A stretch of 32,000 bases of DNA from contig NZ_CP074694.1 of the NCBI RefSeq assembly GCF_018398935.1, forward strand, positions 570,001 to 602,000, given 5' to 3'. The DNA is from Telmatocola sphagniphila. Lineage in GTDB: Bacteria > Planctomycetota > Planctomycetia > Gemmatales > Gemmataceae. Made by a program: the position numbers and the translations under genes. Shown here piece after piece: positions 6,954 through 15,425 of this stretch (its first letter is position 1; every line of letters starts with the position of its first letter). The notes beneath the pieces are model-generated. The model was not told where the DNA came from. It worked only from the letters and a program-made list of their open reading frames with translations, and made no database searches.

Positions 6954-9900
6954 ATGAGTTTCTCCATTCGGTCGTGCCTGGCCATCTTCTGCGCATTTTG
7001 TCTGGTTTCCGAGAGTTACGCCCAACGAGAATACGGTTTCGATAACACCAAGTCGACAGGCCAACCCTATCTCAAACCTCAGGAGTCGCTTTCCCGAATG
7101 AAGGTGGCCGACGGCTTTGAAGTGAAGCTCTTTGCCGCCGAGCCGGATGTGATCAATCCCATTGCCATGACGGTGGATGAGAGAGGCCGGATCTGGGTGA
7201 TCGAGTGCTACGAATACCCCAAGCGCACGGCCAAAGGGAAGATGCCGCGCGATCGGATCAAGATCCTCGAATCGACCAAAGGGGACGGCGTCTGCGATAA
7301 AGTAACAATCTTTGCCGAAGGGAAAGACTTTCCGGTGCCCTTCGATCTCGCCAGCGGTATCGAAGTAGGTAATGGCGGGGTTTACGTTGGAGCGCCGCCG
7401 TATCTGTTTTTCATCGAAAACAAAAATGACAAGCCGGGCAAATTCGAAATCCTGTTGAAAGGATTCGGCAGCCAGGACACGCACGAAACTTTGAATACTT
7501 TTCAGTGGGGGCCGGATGGCTGGCTCTATGGTCTGCAGGGAGTTTTTACTCACTCGGATGTGAAGCCTGGCCAGGCGGACGGTGTGGCCACCCGCTTGAA
7601 TGCGGGCATCTGGCGCTACCATCCGACCACGAAGAAATTCGAAATTTTTGCGGAAGGAACCAGTAACCCCTGGGGAATGGACTATCGCAACAGCGATGGC
7701 CAGTTCATTCTGTGCTGTTGCGTCATTCCCCACCTGTTTCACATTACCGAAGGCGGCAGTTTCAAGCGACAGGCCGGGGCGAGTTTTAATCCCAACGTCT
7801 ATTCCTACATCCCGGAAATCTGCGATCACATTTTTCACAAGGAAAGCGGTTGGGCGCATGCCGGGCTGGTGTCGCTGGATACGCCCTTGATGCCGGAGAA
7901 ATATCGCAACAGCGTGATATTCGGCAGCATTCACGGCTCTTCGCTGAAGCAAAATATCCTGGCGCCGAACGGGGCCACCTTTAAAGCGACTCGAGGAGAT
8001 GATTTTCTGGTCAGTGGCGACAAGAACTTCCGGCCAATCAATCTCCGTTGGGGTCCAAATGGAGAAATTTATTGCATCGACTGGCACGACCAGAACCCCT
8101 GCCATCAGGCGGCTGCGGATGCCTGGGATTACGAACGTGGTCGGATCTTTTCGATTCAGACCAAGGGATTGAAAACGCAAGTCGCGGAGGATCTCGGAAA
8201 ATGGGATCTGACAAAACTTACTAACGAATTAATTCGAGCTGATAATCCTTATCGATGGCGGACGGCGTTGCGAATGCTTTATGAGAAGAGGCGGAGCTCC
8301 GCTAAGCCGGACGACAAGGAGATTGATCAACTAGTACAGGATTTGCTCAAAAAACTGAGTGAGGAATCCGAATTGCCTTCAACTAAATTACGCATGTTGT
8401 TTGGGTTGGAAGCACTTCGTCATGGGGATCTGTTAGAAGCAGTCAAGATCCCCGCGCTTCAGCACAACGAGTTACTCAAGAGTTGGTTGATTCGGTTGAT
8501 CGGAACCCGAAGTGATCAGAACATTAATTCAGATAAGGTTCAACCGTTAACTTCGAATTTGAAAGACCCCAATGTTCGATTGCAACTGGCAATTCTTGCT
8601 CGCAAAAGTCACGATATCAATTTACTGCATCAACTTTTGGAAACGAGTTCCGATCCGAACCAGATCGCGGAAAATCAACAACTTTGGTTGGCAATAAATC
8701 AGGAACTCGAGGATCCCGAAGCAAGAAGGCAGATTTTGAGTTGGTTACAGGAATTTAGTAGGAAAGCTTCATCGAATTCAGGTTTTTTATTGTCTCAAAC
8801 TATTCGTAAGTTTGCATCATCAGGTAAACCGAATGATGTAGATGCAGCTATCCGGATTATTGAAACAGTAGCGAGTCAAAATCTGGGCGCGAAGGTTAAC
8901 TCCAATCTTTATAAACAGCTCCTGGAAAGTTTGATTGCTGGCTTGCCCGAGAAAAGCCAGAGTACCCCGACAGCTTGGAGGAGCACGCGTTTCTATTTGT
9001 TGTCGGAGGATAATAAAGATCTCCAGAAGCTGATTTTCAAGCTGGATCTCTTATTTAAGGATCCGGAAATCTTAAATAAAGCAAGAAAAATCGCCCGCGA
9101 CACGTCTGCCTCCGAGTCAGATCGGATCGATGCCATCAAAGGAATGGCCTCGGATACTTCGGAGAATACGAGAATAGAGCTCGAACTTCTGATTATGGCC
9201 AGTAATCCCACGAAAATTCGCGTTGCGGCCGTGCAAGCTTTAGGGAGTATTAAAGATCTAGAAAAATCGCTAGCTATCTTGAATCTTTGGGCAGACTATC
9301 CCAAGGAAGTCCGAAGCGAACTACTTCAACTATTCAGCTCGCGAAAGCCACTCGCAAAAGCACTCCTTCAGGCCGTGGAAAAGAAAAAGATCCTTCCCAC
9401 CGATCTCAACGACAACCTGATCTTAAAAATGCAGGCCTTCAAGGATAAGGAGATAGACACGATGATCTCCAAATCCTGGGGCAAAATTCGTTCGACCCCA
9501 GCCGAGCTCAATGCCGTCATCGAAAAGATGCGCGGCGAGTTGAACAGCGGCGGCGGCGATTTTGCCAAAGGCCGGCTGGTATTCGAAAATCATTGCTCCA
9601 AGTGCCACGTTTTTGAAGGAAAAGGGCGTCAGGTGGGCCCATTACTCGAGGGAGCGGACCGCGGGATAGAGTATCTGCTGGTTAACGTGCTCGATCCCAA
9701 CCGGGTGGTGGGGGCTCCGTATTACATGCGGACTATCAACTTCCAGGATGGCAAAGTCGAAACGGGAATTCTGGAAAGCGAAGACGACAAAAATATCTCG
9801 CTGAAGGGCGAGAATGGCGTCATCAAGAAGTTTTCAAAAGCGGATATCGAAGAGATCAAGGTTTCCGAAAAATCGCTGATGCCTGAAGGCTTAGGCTACA

Positions 9901-10331
9901 ACATGACGCCGCAGGATTTTCGCAATCTGGTCCGATATGTGATGCGTGATCCCTATGTGGGAAAAGTGTCTCTCCAACTGCCGCAGCACAAGGAGAATGA
10001 ATCCCTTTCCGTGGATGTTCCGGTAACCGGGCGGATAACTCTCCCGGAAGCCATAACGAAACAACTGGTCACCGTCCGAGCCTCGGTCGATTCGCCTGCA
10101 GCCCTGAAAACCACGCTACTGTTGGGAGTGGGGCACGATGCCCACGTTCGCCTGAATGGTCGGGCGACTCGCTTTGTGGGTAACAAATCAACGGTGCGGC
10201 CCGATGCGTTGCGCTGGGAGGTGGAGCTGAAGCAGGGAGCGAATGAATTGACGGTTACCTTCGAGTACGAAGGAAAGCAGGAGGAGGTCTACATTCGATT
10301 TCTGGATCCGGAGCGAAAATTGACAAAGTGA
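6954..10331 (+). CDS. PVC-type heme-binding CxxCH protein with an N-terminal membrane-bound-dehydrogenase-like domain and central HEAT-like repeats
   Basis: The 1125-aa ORF has an N-terminal signal peptide (MSFSIRSCLAIFCAFCLVSESYA). It also has DGFEVKLFAAEPDVINPIAMTVDERGRIWVIE, typical of the planctomycete/verrucomicrobial dehydrogenase-like domain. A single cytochrome c motif, CSKCH, lies at nt 9594-9608, with SLMPEGL downstream. Confidence 0.8.
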   Translation: MSFSIRSCLAIFCAFCLVSESYAQREYGFDNTKSTGQPYLKPQESLSRMKVADGFEVKLFAAEPDVINPIAMTVDERGRIWVIECYEYPKRTAKGKMPRDRIKILESTKGDGVCDKVTIFAEGKDFPVPFDLASGIEVGNGGVYVGAPPYLFFIENKNDKPGKFEILLKGFGSQDTHETLNTFQWGPDGWLYGLQGVFTHSDVKPGQADGVATRLNAGIWRYHPTTKKFEIFAEGTSNPWGMDYRNSDGQFILCCCVIPHLFHITEGGSFKRQAGASFNPNVYSYIPEICDHIFHKESGWAHAGLVSLDTPLMPEKYRNSVIFGSIHGSSLKQNILAPNGATFKATRGDDFLVSGDKNFRPINLRWGPNGEIYCIDWHDQNPCHQAAADAWDYERGRIFSIQTKGLKTQVAEDLGKWDLTKLTNELIRADNPYRWRTALRMLYEKRRSSAKPDDKEIDQLVQDLLKKLSEESELPSTKLRMLFGLEALRHGDLLEAVKIPALQHNELLKSWLIRLIGTRSDQNINSDKVQPLTSNLKDPNVRLQLAILARKSHDINLLHQLLETSSDPNQIAENQQLWLAINQELEDPEARRQILSWLQEFSRKASSNSGFLLSQTIRKFASSGKPNDVDAAIRIIETVASQNLGAKVNSNLYKQLLESLIAGLPEKSQSTPTAWRSTRFYLLSEDNKDLQKLIFKLDLLFKDPEILNKARKIARDTSASESDRIDAIKGMASDTSENTRIELELLIMASNPTKIRVAAVQALGSIKDLEKSLAILNLWADYPKEVRSELLQLFSSRKPLAKALLQAVEKKKILPTDLNDNLILKMQAFKDKEIDTMISKSWGKIRSTPAELNAVIEKMRGELNSGGGDFAKGRLVFENHCSKCHVFEGKGRQVGPLLEGADRGIEYLLVNVLDPNRVVGAPYYMRTINFQDGKVETGILESEDDKNISLKGENGVIKKFSKADIEEIKVSEKSLMPEGLGYNMTPQDFRNLVRYVMRDPYVGKVSLQLPQHKENESLSVDVPVTGRITLPEAITKQLVTVRASVDSPAALKTTLLLGVGHDAHVRLNGRATRFVGNKSTVRPDALRWEVELKQGANELTVTFEYEGKQEEVYIRFLDPERKLTK

Positions 10332-10343
10332 GGCGGGCAAGAA

Positions 10344-10368
10344 GGGGAGCCAAGCTCCCCGATTTTTT
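10344..10368 (+). terminator. Rho-independent terminator after 6954-10331
   Basis: The hairpin GGGGAGC-CAA-GCTCCCC is followed by GATTTTTT and begins 13 nt after the stop codon. Confidence 0.7.
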
Positions 10369-10978
10369 ACTTGGCCAGATTCTTGAATTTGATGTTCTTG
10401 AAAATCACTTCCATAGGATTGCCCGCATGGATTTGCAGGGCGATCACACCGGCGGGAGGTAATACTTCAAATTCCTGATCGACGGTGGTGACGCCGTTGA
10501 TTTTGATGGTCACTTTTTTGCCGACCACTTTGATGTAGTAATCGTTGAAGTCATCCGGCTTGAGCACTGTACTCACATCGTCCCATTTCGAAGCCTTCAG
10601 CATACCTTCCTTCATGCCTTCTCCATACAGGCTACCCCAATAGCGGTCGCCCATATCGCATTGAGGACCTTTGACTTTGAATTTTTCTTTGTCGAAAATT
10701 TCGCTGCGAATCTGCACGCCGCTGTTGCCGGTCCACTTGGTACCCGTGAGTTTCACATCGAAATGCAATTCAAAATCGGTGTACTTGGTTTTCGAGCAGA
10801 AAAAGGTGTTGAAGCCGGGGTTGGCGTCGGTTTTCCCGATGATGCTCGAGCCTTCGAACTTCCAATATTTTTCCAGACCTTCCCAGTTGTCCTTGCTCAG
10901 GAAATCGGGATCGGCCGCTTTCGCAAAAGCGCCCAGCAGGCCGAACAGAGCCAGGGAGCAGAGCAATTTCAATTTCAT
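10367..10978 (-). CDS. DUF1080 (3-keto-disaccharide hydrolase-like) domain protein, secreted
   Basis: The signal peptide is MKLKLLCSLALFGLLGAFAKA. The body contains FELHFDVKL...NSGVQIRS...GVIALQIHAGNPMEVIFKNIKFKNL, as in DUF1080 lectin-fold proteins. I chose the ATG at 10978, preceded by GAGGA; the track start is 11008. Confidence 0.7.
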   Translation of the reverse strand: MKLKLLCSLALFGLLGAFAKAADPDFLSKDNWEGLEKYWKFEGSSIIGKTDANPGFNTFFCSKTKYTDFELHFDVKLTGTKWTGNSGVQIRSEIFDKEKFKVKGPQCDMGDRYWGSLYGEGMKEGMLKASKWDDVSTVLKPDDFNDYYIKVVGKKVTIKINGVTTVDQEFEVLPPAGVIALQIHAGNPMEVIFKNIKFKNLAK

Positions 10979-11134
10979 AGGAGATCCTCGGAGAGTGACA
11001 TTCAGCAAAAGGGCGATAGTCTTGGGTATAGCGGTGCGGTTTGCAATTGGCTAATCCCCTTTTAGCCGATCGGCGGCGATCAGAAATTCACCGACGAAAA
11101 AGTCGAAGGGGAGAAGCAGACAATTTCCAGGGCG

Positions 11135-11887
11135 TCACGCTTCAATTTTGGAGCCGTGAAAGAATTCGGGCGGTCGAACCAGATCGAGGAGAATCGCTTC
11201 ATTTTCGCCGAAGTATAATGCGATTTTCTGCTGTTTGGCGAGTTCCAGCAATGCCAGAAAGAAGCCGATCAAACGCATTTTGGTGCGGGGCGTTTCAAAG
11301 ATCGATTCGAATGAAATCGGCGCCTGTCGATTCAGTCTGGTCAGGATACTATCCTCAAAAAAAGCTTGCGGCATCTCGTCGACGATAGTCTGAGATTCAT
11401 TTTTTTCCTCCCACTCGCGAATGAGCTTCCCGAACGAGTTCAGGAGATCCCAGATCTCCACTTTTTGAAGTGAGGTGGACGCTTCCAGGGATTCTTCCTC
11501 GGGGATCGCCTGGCGGGCGAGTTTTTTGCTTTGCTGCGAGGAAATAATTTCCAGGAGGCTCGCTGCTTTCTTGATGCGACGATATTCGATGAGTTGCTGA
11601 ACCAGAGAGTGCTTTTCCTCCTCGATCGGGCTATCTTCCGTCGATTCGCCGCGCGGCAGCAGTTGCCGACTTTTAATTTCCATCAGGGTGGCGGCAACGA
11701 CCAGAAAGTCTCCCGCCAGTTCGAAATCGAGCCATTTGAGTATGCGGATATGCTCGAAGAATTGATTGGCGATCCCGGCGATCGAGACCTCCCGCAGATC
11801 GATCTCATTCCGCTTCACCAGGTGAAGCAGCAGGTCGAACGGTCCGGTGAAGGTCTGGAGCCGAATTTGAAAATCCGTCGAGTCCAT
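11135..11887 (-). CDS. scpA: Segregation and condensation protein A (SMC-complex kleisin)
   Basis: The 250-aa ORF has the typical ScpA N-terminus, FTGPFDLLLHLVKRNEIDLREVSIAGIANQF. Its ATG lies 18 nt after the stop of the upstream kinase-tubulin-like gene. Confidence 0.8.
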   Translation of the reverse strand: MDSTDFQIRLQTFTGPFDLLLHLVKRNEIDLREVSIAGIANQFFEHIRILKWLDFELAGDFLVVAATLMEIKSRQLLPRGESTEDSPIEEEKHSLVQQLIEYRRIKKAASLLEIISSQQSKKLARQAIPEEESLEASTSLQKVEIWDLLNSFGKLIREWEEKNESQTIVDEMPQAFFEDSILTRLNRQAPISFESIFETPRTKMRLIGFFLALLELAKQQKIALYFGENEAILLDLVRPPEFFHGSKIEA

Positions 11888-11905
11888 GAGGACTTTATAC
11901 GGTTA

Positions 11906-14900
11906 TCATTCGTGAACGTACTCTGCGGAGGATTCGATATCCTCCCACTGCAGAACGTCAAACCGGCAATGCGGATTGGTGCCCATGTGCAGGGAGTTCA
12001 AATAGGCATCCTCCGCAAATGGTCCCGCCTGCGGCAGATAGCGGATAGGTATGCCCGAATATTCCCGGTAGACGTATACCTCGTCTCGCGAAGTCGCGTA
12101 AGCGAAATTCGCCGTCGGAAGTTTGATTTCCCCTTGATCCAGCAGGGCACTCTGAAGTGACTCCGGCATCCCGACGATGCAGACTTCCTGGCCGGTGCAT
12201 ACGGTCACCCGATATTCCGGTTCGGCCTGGAAGAAAAGTTCCTGAAGCGATTCCGATAACGATCCGAAATCCGGAAACTTCTGAGCGTAAATATCCGAGA
12301 AGTCGACCTGGTTCAGCTTCATCAAAATGAACTGACGTGCTTGTTCCTCGACGATTTCCTGTAAAGAAGTCTCCAGCTGCTTATTCTTCTTGGCCGAATC
12401 GACGGCGAGATTGAACTGCTTTTCGATCTTCAACTGCATCTTCTGATCGACTTCCCTCATGTCCTCCGGACTCAACATATCCTTGAAGATATCTATGGCA
12501 TCCTGAAGGGAACCCGCACCAAAGGGCAGCAGCAGCGATCGCGTTTCCGGCAACGTCCCGACGGCATTCTGACGCATCTGACGCAGCAGATCCATCAATT
12601 GCTTGCGGCTGTAGCAAAGTTCCTGATGCTGGGTCAGCAGGCTGCGTTCCGCGCATCGGTAAATTTGAATCATGCTTTGACAGTACATGTACTGCAACCA
12701 ACTGCGAACGTACGTATTCAATGCATCCATCAGCGTCGACGAACGGGTTTTCGTCTGCTCGGAAGTGCTGACGACATTCAGGAAGCGCAGCGCCTGGTTA
12801 GCCCGGGCAAATTGATCGTTCTTCGTTTCGTCCAGCTTGCCACAAATCTGGTTCAGAGTCTGGTGCATCATCTCATTGGCGACGATCGCTCCCGCGAGGC
12901 GGAAATCATATTCGTCCGTCATGCTGGAGGAGATTCCCACGACTTTAGGGGTGAGATCTTTCACCAATAGATCGGTGCGATATTGAATCGCTTTTTCGGT
13001 CTTGGAAAGGCTTGTGGAAACTTGCTTGTCTTCCGGGTTTCCGAAGGCCGAGCGGATTCGAGAAACGACTTCCCAAACCGTCATGGGGTCGGGATCGCGG
13101 GAGAACCAGCCCTTGCTTTGCAGTACGCTGGTTTCCTCTTCCAAAAACTGGCTGATCTGTTTGCCGAGAAGCTTGACAATTTCCGCTTCCAGAACCGCGG
13201 ACAGGTTATCCACGGAAAGCTCGAATTCCGACCAGCGCTGCGAGATTCTCGAGCGTACTTTATCTTCCAATATTCCCGAATCGTTGGAGATCCAGCGGGC
13301 GATGACCGTCTGAGCCAGCCAATCGGACAAATGCTGATGGACCAGTTTGCGAGGCCAGTTGTGGGAAGCTTTTTCGAGCGTCGTGAAGCAGGTGTCGGTG
13401 TTCGTCGTGTCGGTTGTTCGCTGCCGTTGGCGATCGAGATGACGGCCGAAGGGCGAGAACGCATCGTTCATCAAAAGATCGACAATCGATTCCGTACCGG
13501 TCACTTTCAGATCGAGAGAATCGTTCGAATTGCCAGAGATGGAGTTTCCATAGGGGAAACAGTAAAAGCGATCGTAGGGGCTGTGAGTCGGCTTGACGAC
13601 GGAATCGCGTTCGTCGAAGATCGCCGAATAGTTTTCCGGTTTTTGCGTGTAGTGATGCAGTTCCCGAAGGCTGGCATAGCTGTTGGACAGCGCGGTGCCA
13701 TCCAGTTTTTCCCGATCGACGTTCGGAACCTGGAATAAGCCCACGACTTCGGAATCCGGCAGACCCATTTTTTTCAGCTTGTGCTTCACGGCATAGGCAG
13801 CATCGATGAACATGCCACTACCGGTGCCACCGCCCAGACCGGTGGCGATGTAGATTCGCGGCCGATTCGTGCGCAGGCCTAACTGAGTGTGCTTGGCAGC
13901 CTTGGCGAGCGCATCCGGATGGATCGCCTTCAGGATGAAATTCTCAATTTTATCGACGATTGAGCGGTAATGATCGATGAAGGCTACGCGACCAAAGGCC
14001 CGGATCCCCAGCGTTCGAGGCTGACGCGGCAATTTGTAAAGTAATTGCGGATCGAACCAGCCTTCAATAATCGTGCGGCCGTGGCGTCTCGGTTTGAGAT
14101 AGTAGCTGGAACGGTGCAGTTTGGCGTGGATAATCTCCTCTTTGCGGAGATATGGGTAATAGCCTTCGTCTCGGATTTGCTCCATCAGATTCGGATCGGT
14201 GTCCAGAAAGAGCATACGAATATTGGGCAAATTATTCGGAAGGCCATATTCCGAAATCATCTGCTTGCGGAACTCTTTCATGATCTTGAGGCCCGTGCCT
14301 CCCAGGCCGATCATGATGATCGGTCGAATGCAACCATCGCCGGTGATCTCAGGAATGACGATGGGGGACCGGATCATCGAATTGACTTGATCGCCGAAAT
14401 GATCGGTATTGCGAAGATTCGACGCCGGGAAAGGAGTTTCGGAGGTACCCCGCGCGAGTTCACCGAATTTGCAGGATTCTTCTACCTTTTCCTCGGACAG
14501 CAACGCGTGCGGCACAAATTCAACCGGTTCGCCGCGAATGTTCGACAGAGCCTGGATCAGTTCCTTGCAACTGTTGAACCGATTTTCGGGTATTTTTGAG
14601 AGCGCTCGGCCAATGATGGCCCGCTCGTTTGACGGCAACGCGGACAAATTGGGGATGCCGTGCGTATGCATCAGCACCAGCTGCTGAGGATTGACGCCTT
14701 CGAAAGGGCGCGTACCCGTCAGTAATTCCTGGTAAACAATTGCGAGACTGTACTGGTCGCAATACGGGGTGACCATGCCGCGAAGTGTTTCCGGCGCGGC
14801 ATAGACGGGAGTGACGCCACCCGTCACGGCCGATTGCAAACCCTCGAGTTCTTTGACTAACCCGAAGTCGGCCACCTTAACGTGGTTGTGCAGAAGAAAG

Positions 14901-15364
14901 AGGTTTTGCGGCTTTACGTCCAAATGCTGCAACTGATGATTCACATACATCAGGTCCAGAACCTCGGCGGCCTCCGCGAGGTAATTCAACAACTCTTTTC
15001 GCGGGATGCCGGGTTGCTGTTTACCCCGGTACAGTCGATAGTGCTCCCAGAGGTTGCAGTCGGCCAGTTCCATGACGATGAACAGCCGGTTTTCGATAAT
15101 GTCGTAGCGTTCGAGCGAGAGCAGGTAAGGGTGGCGAATCGACTGGATACGTCGAAGCGCTTTCAGTTCCTGCTCGGCATGCCGCAGACTGTTTTGGTCT
15201 TCGAAAGCCGAGGTAGCGATGAGGTTGCCATAAATGATCTTTATGGCTTTATGCAAACCGCCAGGCGCTTCCGCTTTCCAGACTTCGCCGAAACCACCGC
15301 TACCAATGCGCTGGATCAAGCGATAACCGGGTATGGGTTCCGCGTTTTGCTCAATCCTAAGCAT
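11906..15364 (-). CDS. Ser/Thr protein kinase fused to a tubulin/FtsZ-like GTPase domain (paralogue A)
   Basis: The ORF is 1152 aa. The kinase domain (about nt 14540-15325) has GSGGFGEVW, AIKII, HLDVKPQN, DFG and YAAPE. The tubulin-like module (about nt 13565-14329) has IIMIGLGGTG (14291-14308), LFLDTD and IYIATGLGGGTGSGMFID, with GGGTGSG at 13814-13834. This matches the tubulin signature [SAG]GGTG[SA]G. The remaining 550 aa or so have no motif I recognise. Confidence 0.85.
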   Translation of the reverse strand: MLRIEQNAEPIPGYRLIQRIGSGGFGEVWKAEAPGGLHKAIKIIYGNLIATSAFEDQNSLRHAEQELKALRRIQSIRHPYLLSLERYDIIENRLFIVMELADCNLWEHYRLYRGKQQPGIPRKELLNYLAEAAEVLDLMYVNHQLQHLDVKPQNLFLLHNHVKVADFGLVKELEGLQSAVTGGVTPVYAAPETLRGMVTPYCDQYSLAIVYQELLTGTRPFEGVNPQQLVLMHTHGIPNLSALPSNERAIIGRALSKIPENRFNSCKELIQALSNIRGEPVEFVPHALLSEEKVEESCKFGELARGTSETPFPASNLRNTDHFGDQVNSMIRSPIVIPEITGDGCIRPIIMIGLGGTGLKIMKEFRKQMISEYGLPNNLPNIRMLFLDTDPNLMEQIRDEGYYPYLRKEEIIHAKLHRSSYYLKPRRHGRTIIEGWFDPQLLYKLPRQPRTLGIRAFGRVAFIDHYRSIVDKIENFILKAIHPDALAKAAKHTQLGLRTNRPRIYIATGLGGGTGSGMFIDAAYAVKHKLKKMGLPDSEVVGLFQVPNVDREKLDGTALSNSYASLRELHHYTQKPENYSAIFDERDSVVKPTHSPYDRFYCFPYGNSISGNSNDSLDLKVTGTESIVDLLMNDAFSPFGRHLDRQRQRTTDTTNTDTCFTTLEKASHNWPRKLVHQHLSDWLAQTVIARWISNDSGILEDKVRSRISQRWSEFELSVDNLSAVLEAEIVKLLGKQISQFLEEETSVLQSKGWFSRDPDPMTVWEVVSRIRSAFGNPEDKQVSTSLSKTEKAIQYRTDLLVKDLTPKVVGISSSMTDEYDFRLAGAIVANEMMHQTLNQICGKLDETKNDQFARANQALRFLNVVSTSEQTKTRSSTLMDALNTYVRSWLQYMYCQSMIQIYRCAERSLLTQHQELCYSRKQLMDLLRQMRQNAVGTLPETRSLLLPFGAGSLQDAIDIFKDMLSPEDMREVDQKMQLKIEKQFNLAVDSAKKNKQLETSLQEIVEEQARQFILMKLNQVDFSDIYAQKFPDFGSLSESLQELFFQAEPEYRVTVCTGQEVCIVGMPESLQSALLDQGEIKLPTANFAYATSRDEVYVYREYSGIPIRYLPQAGPFAEDAYLNSLHMGTNPHCRFDVLQWEDIESSAEYVHE

Positions 15365-15425
15365 ACGACACCAGGGGGATTAATATGGTCACGTAAACTT
15401 TCACCGGGGGACAAACAAATTTAGA

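Noticed and set aside
6912-8180. A 422-aa minus-strand ORF.
   Set aside because: It lies entirely antisense to the N-terminal domain of the PVC-type heme-binding protein, which has a signal peptide and family motifs. Its product is Arg-rich and motif-free.
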